From Octopus sinensis (taxonomy: Eukaryota): a stretch of 64,000 nucleotides of DNA. The stretch is taken from NCBI RefSeq assembly GCF_006345805.1, contig NC_043005.1, positions 93,868,001 to 93,932,000 on the forward strand, given 5' to 3'. The translations under genes were made by a program, and so were the position numbers. The notes below the pieces were generated by a model. That model was not told the origin of the DNA, made no database searches, and was given only the letters and a program-made list of their open reading frames with translations. Shown here one piece after another: positions 1 through 13,456 of this stretch; position 1 is the stretch's first letter; each line of letters opens with the position of its first letter.

Positions 1-57
1 ACACCTGATTATATATACACTTTAGATGAGTTGTAGTGCACCTGAGCACTGTACACA

Positions 58-88
<31 letters not shown>

Positions 89-130
89 CAAAATTTGCTG
101 TGGTTTTTAAGTAAAGAGTAATATACATAC

Positions 131-232
131 CCAACAGCATAAATATCTGGAGGTTCGGGATCAGATGCTAACCATGTGTGGATTGAAACAGTAGGAGACT
201 GGCCATTCACATTCCAGGTGCCACAGAAAACT
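131..232 (-). CDS. INPP5B: first exon of the inositol 5-phosphatase catalytic domain ([34 protein letters not shown])
   Basis: ttttgtcttcag acceptor, gtatgt donor, 102 nt. Diagnostic GTWNVNG...PDIYxxG motif, close to [38 protein letters not shown]. Confidence 0.95.
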
Positions 233-1662
233 CTGAAGACAAAATAAAATACACATAAAAAAGGCAGCATCACTGATTTGACAACTAAAATAGTAATTTA
301 GTAATGTCCCTCCTACTTTTGTAATGGCACCAGAGAGACAAACTGACACTTCATAAGATGGACAAGATAAATGAATTTCAAATTATGAAGAAAATATTTC
401 AGGTTTTGAGACAAATAAAAAAAATTATATTCATTTGAAATATGACAACACTGGAACCATTCAAACTAGGACAGTATCTCAAGAATGTCACAGAAGATGA
501 TTTAATATTTAATATCCAATTCTAGGATTGCGGAAAACAGTTTACAACTATATATTTGGGTCTGAATTATTGGATCAATTATTCTTACAACCAGTAGTAG
601 TAGTCCCTTATTTTCATAATAATATTTTCAGAAGTAGTAGTAGTAGTAGTAGTACCTTATTGAGAATTGAACATAACCAATGGTTCTAAGGGCTGCAACA
701 AATACCACAAGACATCTTGCTCAACTCTCTAACAGCTCTTCCATTTCACTCTCCTGGATTATTATGAAACCCCAAAAGGATGAACCTCAGTGGGATTTTC
801 ATTCAGAGTTCAGGGAGGTAGAACAAATACCACGAGGAATTCTATTTAACACCCTAATGCCTTTGCCAATTTACCAACTTTCAGAATCATTCTATGTTTC
901 AATAACATTTGTAAAATCCATAAACAAACCATCACAAGACAGCAAAGATTCTTTAGATTTTCACACCATATTGCTGAGACATTGACCAAAGGAAATAAAG
1001 ACAAACTTTAAGGAGTGAGGGATCAAAAAGATTAATATAAATATCAGGGAACTCTTTAGGTTTTTTTTTAAATGGTTTATTGTGAGAGGAAGAAAGGCAG
1101 CTTTCTCCTTCAATTAGCTACAACTTAGATGTTCATCACCAGGAATCTCTGTCCCCCATTAGCTTTGGTAGATTCTCAATTTCCTTTGTGTATCTGTATC
1201 CATAATATCAATGTAGTTCAGTGGTCTTCATCCTGTATCAGGGGTGCAAAAGTTTCAAAAATCTAATTTTTGATATGATTTGTTGTTCAGCAGTGATTAC
1301 CAAATCTTACCCTGCATTGAACAGCAAGAGTAGGGATGGTGCAAAGTGTTTAGTAACCTCCTCTTTTGTTTGTGCTCATGTCGTGAAATGCTTCAAGACC
1401 TCACAGGAAATCTGGCAAATGTACCATCAAGATGATCTTGAGACTTCTTTTTCATGGTCCAAGTTTCAGCTACAAAGAGAAGGTTTTTTTTTTAGATACC
1501 CCAAAGATTGCTAGTACCTGTGATCCTTTTTAGAGTCTCTGTGAATGGAGGGAGGATGGGAAGAAGTAATCTTCATACCAGAGACATAGTCCAAATGCTT
1601 GTTACAGAGTGAACTTTGCTATAGATACCTATGTCTCACATGTTAAACCTGGCAACAACATC

Positions 1663-2004
1663 ATCATCATCATCATCGTTTAGCGTCCGTTTTCCATGCT
1701 AGCATGGGTTGGACGGTTCTACTGGGGTCTGTGAAGCCAGAAGGCTTCATCAGGCCCAGTCAAATCTGGCAGTGTTTCTACGGCTGGATGCCCTTCCTAA
1801 CGCCAACCACTCCGTGAGTGTAGTGGGTGCTTTTTACGTGCCACCCGCACTGGTGCCAGACAGAGCTGGCAAACGGCCACGAACGGATGGTGCTTTTTAT
1901 GTGTCACCGGCACGAGGGCCAGGCGAGGCTGGCAACGGACACGAAACGGGGCGGTGCTGGCAACGGTCGCGAAACGGAAAGTTCTCTTACATGCCACCGG
2001 CACT
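1663..2004 (-). mobile_element. 5'-truncated young RTE LINE 3'UTR copy with (GAT)n tail
   Basis: Near-identical by eye to 38448-38790 and to the reverse complement of 24580-24915. Confidence 0.85.
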
Positions 2005-2574
2005 ATCTCCTGCCCACCCCAAAAATGGAATGGTCTCTTGATGGGCTAGTACACAGTTTCAGTCCAGGAAATTTCATTCATCCCCAAGAATATGGTAGAA
2101 GATACTTGACCTAGATGCTGTAAAATAGGACTGAACCCAAATCAAAGAGCTGTGAAGCAAACTCCTTAACCATACGACCACCATATATCTATGTCCTTAT
2201 ATTTAGATTTACTCAAATCACAAACCCCTAGAACAATTATACAACTTGCTTATCCTTCAGTCAACTTTAATTCAATCATAATGAAGATCTCAAGAAAAAG
2301 TGCCACAAATGAGCAGAGAAAGTGTAGTGCCCAGTACATGCTGTGAAATGGTTGGTGACAGGAAGGACTCATTTAAATGCCAATCTATGAGGATAGTGGC
2401 TCCCAAGAAAAAGAAAAAAAAAACTCAGACTGTGATGATCTATCTAACTCAAGTCAGCATGGGAAGCTACCATAAAAATGATGATGATGATGACTAGCAT
2501 AAACTAAAATATCTTAAATGAAGCTAGCATGATCTGCTGGATGTGTAATATCAGTGTGCACACATGACAGAGTG

Positions 2575-3315
2575 TAAGCGCCCTGAGAGAAATGTTAGAC
2601 ATAAGAATGTGGTGTGCAAAGGAGACATTTGTGTTGGTATGGTCATGTACTGCGGATGGACAAGGAGAGCTGTGTGAAGAAGTGCCACTCCCAAACAGTG
2701 GAAAGAAATCGGGGTAGAGGGAGACCCAGGAAGACATGGGATGAGGTGGTGAAGCATGACCTTCGAACATTGGGCCTCACAGAGGCAATGACAAAAGACC
2801 GAGACCTCTGGAGGTATGCTGTGACTGAGAAGACCTGACAAATAAAGTGAGCTGTAACCTATACCAGTGTCACATAACCAGCCCACTCAAAAGTACCAGG
2901 GATCATAGGGCGACATGTACTTGAGGAGACCTAATGGGTCAAGTACATCAACATCAGCAATATCAAAATCAAATCAAATGGAAATTGTAGTTGTGAGCCC
3001 CGTGCCAGTAGCACATAAAAAGCACCATTCGAACATGGCCGATGCCAGTGCTGCCTTGACTGGCTTTCGTGCTGGTGGCACGTAAAAAGCACCATCCAAT
3101 TGTGGCTGATGCCAGCTCCTCTGGCCCCTTGTGCCAGTGGCATGTAAAAAGCACCCACTACACTCTCGGAGTGGTTGGCATTAGGAAGGGCATCCAGCTG
3201 TAGCAACACTGCCAGATCAGATTGGGGCCTGGTGTAGCCTCCTGGCTTCCCAGACCCCAATCGAACCGTCCAACCCATGCCAGTATGGAAAATGGACGTT
3301 AAATGATGATGACGA
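2575..3315 (+). mobile_element. older RTE LINE 3' fragment (RT C-terminus plus 3'UTR)
   Basis: RRHLCWYGHVLRMDKESCVKKC...GRGRPRKTWDEVVKHDL, followed by the same UTR type and a gatgat tail. Confidence 0.8.
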
Positions 3316-3772
3316 TGAAAGAAGTCTGAAGGATTTGTTAATTTATCATCATATTCCGTAGCAAATGAAAGAAAAATTTTCTCCCAAATATGGTTGTAAG
3401 ACAAGTAAATGTTAAGAACCTGAAATTAATTACAGCAAATATCCCATTATCTTAATCCAAAGATTAAGCAGATAAGTCATAGATTAAAGGATTCAATACC
3501 AACCACTTCACATTGTGTACTGGAACCTTTTAACATGACACCATCACTAGCATCAGTGTCTTGTCCCCTGCAAGACTTCTCCTTTCTATACAATGTTGTT
3601 TCTGTTTATTCATTTGCTTGCAGCAGAGGGTTATCTCATCCACTGAAGGGAGTGATGAAAGAAGACCAGAACAAGAAGGTCCTCATAGATGGGAAAATAA
3701 TGGTAGTGTGTCAGAGTGATACGATTAATAGAGGATGCAAAAAAAATGAGTTGTGCTGACCAAAAAACTTAC

Positions 3773-3892
3773 TTGACTTTTTGTATGTTTGTATATTCAT
3801 CTTCACAATCCATCATCAAGTGACTCACCATATTTTCTCTCGGGGTCAACTTTTGTGAGTAACTATCCATGGTGTCGTTCTTGAAGGTATCA
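3773..3892 (-). CDS. INPP5B: OCRL/INPP5B-like exon preceding the catalytic domain (DTFKNDTMDSYSQKLTPRENMVSHLMMDCEDEYTNIQKV)
   Basis: tttttatcttcag acceptor, gtaagt donor, 120 nt, phase 2 to 2. Resembles OCRL [22 protein letters not shown]. Confidence 0.88.
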
Positions 3893-3961
3893 CTGAAGAT
3901 AAAAAGACAAAAAAATACTGAAATATTTCAAAAGACAAACTTGTATGTTTGTTAATATTGT

Positions 3962-4860
3962 TGCTGTTGTTGTTGTGTAACCCAGGGTTGGTCCTGAGTA
4001 GTGCACAAGCAGTTGGTTAAACCACATGACACAATCCAGATACATCTCTCTAGTAATACCACGTCTGTGAGTAATGGAGAATCATTCTGCAAACCCAACA
4101 TGCATTAACGAGTAACATGGGGTGCAATGCAACAGTCTGGACATATTGGAGTCTTTCCAATCTCCAGTCTGTTCCTGTGTAATTGTAGATTCCAGTGCTG
4201 ACCAGTATGGAGGAAGGCAGAACTGTGCCCAAACACCAGCATGATGTTAGAGCACAGTGAAGCAACTGATGGAGCAATTTTCTCTTGCTTATCAATATTT
4301 GGGCTGAGGTGGAGAGATAACATTTTTAGGATGTTGTTGTAATAATGCTCTAGGGTGTTATACATATCTATGGGGGTGTGACATTATTTGTCATGTAGCA
4401 ACAGAGACTTTGGAGGTGGAATCTTGGTGTGGCATCAAAGTGTGCTCTTATATTTCGGGTGTTCAGGTGGTCTTATATTTTTTATACTTTTGTTTCATTA
4501 TGTGAGTGGTCTATAAATGTGATCTGCATACCATTTGTTATAATGTAAAATGTATTTGTTGTGAGTTTATTGCAGTTTGTTGTGGGAAGATCAGAGGTCC
4601 ACACAGAAGTGAAAGAGTCCATGATGGATCTAATGAAGTGTTTGTAAAATACTGTCATTGTTTCTTTCTGTTGGTTAAACACCACACTGTGGTTTCTTTA
4701 AATATGCTTGTGCATTGTTTTGCTTTCATTACCATGTCTTCCAGGTGTGCTGTCTGTGGTTGAACACAAGAACTGGTTCTACTTGATGTTCTTTGATATT
4801 GCTGGTGTGAAAGGGGGAGGCAGTGGATGGGGTTGGAGTCAGTTGAAGTCTGTTGTTGCA
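3962..4860 (-). mobile_element. decayed I/Jockey-group LINE 3' portion
   Basis: YKHFIRSIMD...IDHSHNETKV RT C-terminus, a C-terminal CPDC..APH knuckle and a (CAA)n tail. Confidence 0.6.
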
Positions 4861-5849
4861 GAGTCAAGTTTCTGGGTGATTTAAATACGATCAGAATAGC
4901 TGTACAGCAGTGTCTAAAGAATGGTGGAGGATGTGAGATGGGTACTAGTTTACAGGTCCCAGAAGGAAGAAAGGCAAGGCTTACCTTGGCAGAAATTGAA
5001 CTCAGAATATAAAGAGTCAGAAGAAATAATGGCAAATCATTTTGTCTGACATTTTCCCAATTTTGTCAGCTTGCTGCCATCAGTTTCTAGAATATGGAAG
5101 GCAGTAATTTTGAGAGGAAGAGGTTTAGTTGATACCATCAATCTCAAAACTTGCTTAGTATTTTATTTTATCAATCCCCAAGAGATGAAAGGCAAAGGTG
5201 ACCTCAGGAGGATTTGAACTCAGTATATTACAAACCATAAGAAATAACACAAGGTCTGATGTTCTAACAAGTTTGCATCTCTGGCATCCTAATAATAATT
5301 TGTTCAACCCCAGTATCTGACTGGTACTTTGTCTTATATTTGTTGAACTCAGAATGTAAAAAGCCAGAAGAAACACTAATGAGCATTTTGCTTGATGACA
5401 CTAATGAATTTGCCAACACTAATGAGTCTGCCAACTCACTGCCTTCCTTAATAATAATATAAGAACAACAAATCTTATAAAGAATTTTTTTTGAATAAGA
5501 CACAGACATTAGTTTTTTTAATTACACTGCACCTCACCTTTAGATGCAAAAACCTGTAGAGTGTTGACATCTTTGAGACTTGGGTGCAGCTTGTATAAAG
5601 TAAAACAAAGGCAAATGATACTAATAGCAATAATGACCCTTTCTACTAAAGGCCTGAAATTTTGGGAGAGGGGACTAACTGATTACATTGACCCTGGTGA
5701 AAGGCAAAGCTGACCTTGGCAGAATTTGAATTCAGAATGTAAAGATGGACAAAATGCTGCAAAGCATTCTGCCCAGCATGTTAATGATTCTGCCAGCTCA
5801 AATTTTGGCACAAGGTCAGCTCACCACCTTAATAATAATAATAATAATA

Positions 5850-6240
5850 ATATTGGACGAAAAGGGGAAGGCGAAAATCCTCTGAGATTTTGAATTCTAG
5901 ACAGACAAGGTGTTAGAGCACCAAGGGCCAGACATAGTAACCTTTAGGAGGGACAAACAAGAGTGGCTAATAATTGATGTGGCAGTGCCAGGAGATCAAC
6001 ATATTATTATGAAACAAAGAGAAAAGATTGATAAATATGGAGACCTGAGAATTGAGATCGCCAAGATGTGGCAACTACGAGAGTCAATTGTCCCTGTTGT
6101 CACTGGAGAATTGGGTTCAATTCCATCCAAGCTGAAGAAACATCTGGAAACTTTAGAAATACCCTACAATCTAGGTGAATAGCAAAAATCAGCATTACTT
6201 GGAACTGCATGCATATTGTGTAAAGTACTGTCTGTCCGAG
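5850..6240 (+). mobile_element. R4/Dong-like restriction-endonuclease LINE C-terminal fragment
   Basis: PDIV...IIDVAVPGD...EKIDKYGDL...VPVVTGELG (PD..D..K RLE). Begins directly after a (TAA)n run. Confidence 0.75.
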
Positions 6241-6548
6241 GTCTTTGTTGTAACTTGACAAAAGTACAAACCCCCGGTAGACACAGCATCCTTCAATCAA
6301 CAACATCATGATAGTGGATACTGTGCAAAGTCTTAAATAATAATTCTATTTTGCCTCAATACATCTGGTTGAATAAAAATGTCATGCTCTCAATAAAATG
6401 TCATCAAAAATAAAATGTTTAAGATAACCAAACAACTATAAATGAAAGTAAATGAGAGGATAAAACAAGATAGTAAAATAACAGTGGAGAAGAGATAAGA
6501 ACAACAACAAAAACAAGTAATTCCTCTGTTGAAGAGTTGAAAACTTAC

Positions 6549-6789
6549 AATGTTTCATTTAAAGAATCGTTGCTTCGAGCCAAATCTGAGAAATTCTTTA
6601 GTTTGCTGTTGGAATTGGCAGGATGCAATAAAGCAGGTGAAGCTGATCTAGAGTTTGGCCCACTTCCAGCGCCCTTTCTTGTATAAACAACAGGAGATCG
6701 ATTGCGAGGCTTGTGTTCAACTTGTAACCGGGATGAAGCATCGACCCTTGAGGCATGTGTACAAAGTTCCGTGTCATCTTTCACTGGTT
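6549..6789 (-). CDS. INPP5B: OCRL/INPP5B-like low-complexity linker exon (EPVKDDTELCTH...DSLNET)
   Basis: ccactctag acceptor, gtaagt donor, 241 nt open frame, phase 1 to 2, compatible with the exon at 3892. Confidence 0.75.
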
Positions 6790-7829
6790 CTAGAGTGGAA
6801 AGGCGAGGGGAAATAATAAATAAATAAATAAGAACAGGAGTTAGACATGTCTTTAGAACAAACAGATTCCCCTTTCTTCCTCATGTAATAACATTCCCTC
6901 TTCACATTTAACTCCAAACTGCTCATCAGTTCCCACTAAAGTTGGTGTATTCTTTGTTCTTGCCTGTATTAATTGCAGGCATGAGAAGCAGGTGAACCAA
7001 CAACGCTTCACCCCCTCCTCCACCCCACTAAAAATATTTCATGCATGTAAACATTATCACTGATAAAGAACTGAGGTAAAATCTTTTCATAGACTTGTGT
7101 TAACAAACACTTATATGAGAGCAAGACAAATATTGTTACTATAAAATATAGGCCAGAAATGGGGAAAATAGCTTATTATTATTTATTATTTTCTTTTCTT
7201 TTTTTTTTTGCATTTTAGGAAAATTAGCAGTGATACGAATTCGGTGTTTCAAACTGTTCTGTTCATTTCAAAGTGAAGTAGTATTTACAAGTCTATTTAA
7301 AGATGAAAGTCAATTTCTGACAAAGCCCACATGCCACAACCTCCCACTTACTATATCACAGTGAAAGAATCAGAGAATGAGACTATAAGTTAACAGGCTT
7401 CTACTAATAAAGCTAGATAACTACAATACCATATAATACAGGTTTTGCAATGAAGGAGGTATTAACTGACAACTGTCATTAGCTGAGAATAGTTATAGAC
7501 TATATTCAATTACTTCTTATGAAGTATAAACTGTCAATTTTGTAAGGTAACAAGAGTGGGAGAGCAGTTTGAAATTTATTTTTCTTGAGAGTTTTTCTAA
7601 GATGGCTTGCATATAATACCGGCCTTGGTAATGATAGGAATGTATTTCCTCCTTTCTGTAATAGTTGGTTGTGTCTTTGAGTACAACGAAGGCCCAAGGA
7701 AAACTAACTTCTACATCTTCTAGCTGTTTGTTTAACTTTGTAACCTAATATGGTCAGTACCAGTGGGTGTAGGCTGTGAAAGTGCAGCATAGATGTCTTG
7801 CTACATCTGTGGCAATGGAATTTCAGATT

Positions 7830-9120
7830 TTGTTACAAGAAAATATTTTACAAATTTTGGAATGAAATTGGCCAATCAAGACAAACCAAAACCAAGTCCT
7901 TCTCACTATCTCCCAAATTTGCATTGTAAATCAGAGGTAATTAACTAAAAGAAATGGGATGGGCTTTGGTGTAACAACAGTCTGGGAAGGACTGACAAAT
8001 CATATTGGAGATTGCTTTTTTGTTTGATCTATATTTATGGACATATCTCTCCAAAACCCAAATTAAGAGACATTACCAACTAAAGTGCTAAAGTGCCTGT
8101 TGTATTTCTTAAGTTAGATGCCATCAATAAACTGCATGCTGTACATTGGAAGGAAGCACTGAAGATGAAATCTACTGATTTTAAATCTTTCAAGACTCAA
8201 CAGAATTACTGGGAACTAGGTTAAACCAAAATTACTTACGAGTTCCAGGAACAACATTTAACTTTCATTGGTACAAAGAAAACAAAAAAAGATCTGATGC
8301 AGGTCTTTTAGTGTAGGAGATGACAATTTTTAGTGTCAAGTTGTTAATGATTTGTAAAATGTTGGAATGAATCAAACAAATGATAGATTTTCATTAACAG
8401 GTTGAAATTAAATCTAAAGTGTGTTTTTGCTGAGTAATGGAAATGTATTCAGTTCTGACTGGCCATTCAATACATAGAACCATGAATGTGGTATTGGAAA
8501 AGGCTTACTTCCAACACAACTGGATGATATGTGGAGATCTAAAAGTGATTTTCATGATGTTTAATCAACAAAACAGTTACACTAAATTTCTTGGGGGGGG
8601 GGAGTTGTGTTTATGGGACAACTGAGTTAAAAGAGACCACTGCGTGAGAAAAGAATGGTCAGAAAGAAGAGTTTTTGAGGTTAGAAAGTAGAATATTATG
8701 AACATCCCCCTTAGTAAACAGTGAAAATATCTTGTTCCTAGCATTTCATATTAAATTAGATTTGACAAAAACATTAATGTAAGGTAGATGATTCAAATCT
8801 AACGAGAGACTGAAGGTAGTTATCTTTGATGGGTTTAGCAATGAAAGATGAGCTATTTAAGGGTTTACTTAAACCTGTTAAACAAAATACCTGGGTAGCT
8901 TTTTGGGGTAACAACAAATCCCAAAACTATGATGTGATAAATAACTTCCAGAAGCTAGGGTATGAATATTAAAGTGTATTGCCTGCACAACCAATTTTCT
9001 GCCATTTTGGGGGTAAAAGAGCAAGGTGAGCATTTCCATTAATTCATGAAAAAAAAAAAAAAACTACAGATATAAGATACCAGGAATGATGGAATAGAAA
9101 TACAATGACAGACTAATATC
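7830..9120 (+). mobile_element. decayed DDE transposase relic, Chapaev3 (CMC)-like
   Basis: Broken motifs in the expected order: TVWEGLTNHIGDCFF, NWMICGDLKVI, LCLWDN, FHIKLDL, EQGEHFH, RYQ. The family name is from recall. Confidence 0.55.
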
Positions 9121-9670
9121 AATGTTTTACAATCCAAGAAGAGAAAGATGCTTCCTTAATTCTTAAACAGTTCACTTGCCATCCCAACCTTGTTTTTATA
9201 TTTAGTCTACATTTTCAGTTGCTAAATTAACATGAAAGAGAGAGAATTTGTTGCCTAACTGATGCATCTCTTTCCACAATACTGTTTTACTATATGTGAG
9301 TTATTTCAATGATATCTGATGCATTTGACTGCTTTATTGTGGTTGGATAGTGTAAGAATAACTATAGATGTGTAACAATTTAATAAATTAAAAGAATAAA
9401 ATGTATATTTCATAAAATTGGTACCTAAGTATAATATGCAAAAGATTAGATTTTCCATAAAACAGTTAAAATCACAATACTCTCTCTTTATAATTGTAAA
9501 TTATATCATATCCTTGCAAGTTGTGTTCAACTTAAATATGCATTTCCTTTACACTGTATTGCTAAGATTTGAAAAACAAAAAAAACAGGAAAAAAACTTT
9601 GATGTGATACATCATCATCATCATTTAGCATCCGTTGATGATGACATCGGGAAGATTTGAAAGGGGAAGA

Positions 9671-11156
9671 TGTGGGGATGAGATGAGCCAGAAGGGCTGT
9701 GACATCAACAGTCAACAGGAAAAGGCTGCGACGTCAAGAGTCAAGGGGCCTGACTGGAACAGGAGGGAGGAGAGAGAGGAAGTGAGGGAAATAAGACCAG
9801 GGTTGTGCTCTTTTGGTCTGGTGCAGTTGCCATGAATGGACATCAGTGGAGTGAGCTAGCAGGATTGGTAGTAGCAGCTGTTAACATTAGGTGAGATGGG
9901 TAGAGCATGTGTTTGAACTTAGCACAGCTGGACAGCCAACAGCGAGAGGTACGTGAATCATATCTTATTTCCCCACCATTACAATTCCCTCATACCACAA
10001 GCTATTTTGGTTCTTGTGTATAAATATATTTTTCGATTGTTGTTGTCCCTTTCAATGAGATAGCAGTGAAGATAAGAACTGGCAGCGATGCTGTCAGACC
10101 TTTCTGTGGTGAAGATGTAGTCGCCAGGATCTGTAAGATCAAGCTGGTGGTCAGGCATTGACAATGTAGCAGGTCTCATAACTCTGTACATGGAGGGAAG
10201 AATGTTGGTGCTGTACCTTGATATGGATGTGGACCGGGTCAGACGGCCATTTGGAGGGAAATGAAGATGGGCACTGCAGACGAGGTTGCACGTATCCTGA
10301 ATGAGATATTCCTGGAGCGGGGCCCTGTAGACGAATTGCTGATGGACAATGGCACTGAAGGAGATGCTTGATAAGTAGAATGTGCACTACTTTTTCAGAG
10401 TGGCATGCAGACCAAGTGGAAATGGGATTGTGAAAAGACATAATTGAATGATCAAGGCCATGGCAGAGAGGGGGCACATCTCACCACTGGAAGCAGTATT
10501 CTGCCACACAGAGTGATATTTAGATATGAATGGCAGCATCTGAGTAAACCACCAGAATGTCCTGCAGAAGAGAGAGGGCCTGCCTTCAAGAAGGAGTGGG
10601 AAGACGTCTGTCAAGCCCCTGAAGGAATGCTGTACATCTCAGTGGAACAGAGGAATACTGATGGCTGTTAATTCCAATAATAATGTTTCTGTGGCTGGAA
10701 TGCCGCATCATGTTTTGGATATTCGCAGAATTGTCGCTTTGCTGGACGATGAAGGAGGAAGAGAGGAAGAGTACAAGGTGTCTACCTGAGTGGGAGATAG
10801 ATTTTGACATGGAGTGAAGTGAGGTGATTTTTGAAACTGGAGGGGGGGGGGCATGTGGAGGGATGAGATGAATTGGAAGGAAAGGGTTGTGATGTCAATG
10901 GTCAAGGGGTCTGACCAGAACAGGAAGGGGTAGAAAGGAAGCGAGGGAAGCAGAACCAAGGTCGTGCCGTTTCAGCCTGGTGCAGTCACGTGAATGGACA
11001 TCAGTGGAGCAAGCTAGCGGGATTGGCAGTAGCAGCTGCTAACATTAGGTGCAATGAGTAGGGCATGTGTTTGGACTTAGCACAGCTGGACAGCCAACAA
11101 TGAGGGATAGGTGAACCACATCTTATTTGCCATCATTACAGTTTCCTCATATCACA
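9671..11156 (+). mobile_element. internally deleted Gypsy-type LTR element (LTRs about 9671-9999 and 10854-11156)
   Basis: Diverged TG...CA direct repeats, a G-rich PPT before the 3' LTR, and an internal integrase relic (EIFLERGPVDELLMDNGT, RPSGNGIV). Confidence 0.7.
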
Positions 11157-11568
11157 GATTTGAAATCAACACCCAAAAATTATATACAACAGACACCTTC
11201 CATAAAAACAAAAAAGCTTTTACAAAATGGAGCTCAGAGTAATCAGGAATGGTAATAAACATTATGAAAATTGTTTTAAGATTAACAATAGGCACAGGCA
11301 TGGGTGTGTGGTTAAGAAGTTTATTCACCAATCAATGGGGTTTTGGATTCAGCCTCACTTGTGCACTAGAGGCAAGCTTTAGACCAAAGAATTGTGAGAG
11401 GATTTGGCAGAGTGAAATTGAAAAAGCTGTGTGTGTGTGCATACATGTGCAAGTGCATATGTGTCTATTTTGTCACCATGAAATTATGGCAAATGACTAT
11501 CAAAACAAGTAGAATTCTTCATTACCAGTCTTCTGTGTAAACATGTTCAGTCATGAAGAAATATTAAA

Positions 11569-11805
11569 GGCGGCAAGCGGGTAGAAACATTAGCACGCCA
11601 TGCGAAATGCTTAGCGGTATTTCGTCTGCTGCTACGTTCTGAGTTCAAATTCCGCTGAGGTCAACTTTGCCTTTCATCCTTTCGGGATCAATTAAATAAG
11701 TACCAGTTATGCACTGGGGTCGATCTAATCGATTTAATCCCTTTGTCTGTCCTTGTTTGTCCCCTGTGTGTATAGCCCCTTGTGGGTAGTAAAGAAATAA
11801 GAAAT
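11569..11805 (+). mobile_element. tRNA-derived SINE (abundant family)
   Basis: ttagcacgcc...gttctgagttcaaattcc head with A/B-box-like motifs. Related copies at about 5655-5830 (-), 18079-18270 (-), 19908-20110 (+) and 62167-62375 (-). Confidence 0.75.
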
Positions 11806-12249
11806 ATTACCTTGTTTGGAAACAGATGAACATTAGTGGCAGGAAGAGCTTCTGTCCATAGAAAATTCTGCCTTAATGAATTCCATCTGATCTCTGCATG
11901 CATGGAGTTGCGGACATTAAAACAATGAAGAATAATTGAACAAATATTCAAATGTAACCCAAAAATACATACATTATAAATATGTATGCAATTTGAATAT
12001 TTTCTTAGAAGACTAAAGAAAATACCTAAGTTGAAAACACCATGTTCAGATGGAGCTCAGCTTCTGGTTAAAAAAAATAAAACAAAAGCAAAGAAGCTGT
12101 GGAGTGAAATAGATCAACAGGAGAGCTAGGGAGTAGATCAGAATTGGCAAATAAGGCATCAGGACCAGTGTATATATAATGGCCTGTAGCTATATCTTCA
12201 TATACTGTCAAGACTAAGGTGCATGCATTCAGATATGAGGGAACAAAGG

Positions 12250-12760
12250 CTGTCTATAAACTGGTAGAAGCATGATGTGGCAACAGAAATTGTTGTTCAT
12301 TTCTGGCTTACAACTCAGTTGAATGCAGAGTTTAAGATATTCACCAAGGAAGTTGCTGCTTATTGTCAGTAGTTTGAGAACAGACAGACCTATGTGATTC
12401 CAGGAAGATCTATCCATGATCACTCCCACTTTATACAATACAATGTAAAGAGGGTGTATAACAAAAGTTGATGTTGGAGGGGCTCTGATTTATGGAGCTG
12501 ATCCTTGTTCCTTGGTGGCTGTTTTCAGACCAGTTGCTTTTGAGCCTGTTTGCAGAGCTTGGATAGTTTCAATGTATAATAGTATCTGTTCAGTGGTCAG
12601 ACTAAATGGCCACCAATTGGAATGTTTCCATTTTGTACAGACAGCAATAGAAGAAACTGTCCAACTTTGGAGTAGTGTCTGTTTTGCATTGTGGAACTAG
12701 AGAAATTGTGGCATGCAATAAGGCTAAAGAGTCTCGCATAACCTGCATCAGTTCCTGCTC
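12250..12760 (+). mobile_element. decayed L1/Tx1-like RT remnant
   Basis: QTYVIPGRSIHD and FEPVCRAWIVSMYNSICSVVRLNGH resemble Tx1/L1 RT motifs. Confidence 0.45.
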
Positions 12761-12799
12761 TCCTAGAATGGCAGCTCACAATGTGGCCTTTGTACAATT

Positions 12800-13130
12800 G
12801 TGTGTGTGTGCGTGATAGGTACAGTGATAAGAGACATTCAACAACCCTTTCAGCTTTAATCTGGAAACTTAAAGACAAAAGGGACCAGTTTCAACATCTA
12901 TGGAAAATCCACTCCAAATCCAGACCCTATTTTAGTGGGTCCAAAAAATGTTCAGTATGTTCTCTTGAAAAACTGTATCTTTTTAAAAACTTGAGAACCT
13001 CCAATGAATACATAAATTCGAGGGAAGAGATTTTTTTTTCTGTATGTCTGCATTTCAAGAAATACATCTTGTTGGAAGTTAAAAAACCATGGACACTTGG
13101 TAAACCATCAACATCTGGTTTATGTTTGCT
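12800..13130 (+). mobile_element. Penelope-like element GIY-YIG C-terminal fragment
   Basis: TTLSALIWKLK...KKCSVCSLEK...NSREEIF..CLHFKKY. Confidence 0.7.
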
Positions 13131-13336
13131 CGACAGAAAATTAGTGGTAATTTTGGTTATCTCCCTTGTGCTTTTCTTTTTGTCTACCAGCATCTGTATC
13201 TAAACATTATCTGCTCAAAAGACAACTGACAAATGGTGTTGTTTTCAGTTTGATAAATGGTGGAAACAAATTATTTTGACCAGGAAACCCTGGGTTACTA
13301 TAACTGCAACAAGATTTGTGGTTTTTGATTGTAAGA

Positions 13337-13456
<120 letters not shown>

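Noticed and set aside
11569-11660. tRNA-like A/B boxes
   Set aside because: These are SINE heads in multiple diverged copies with no complete cloverleaf.
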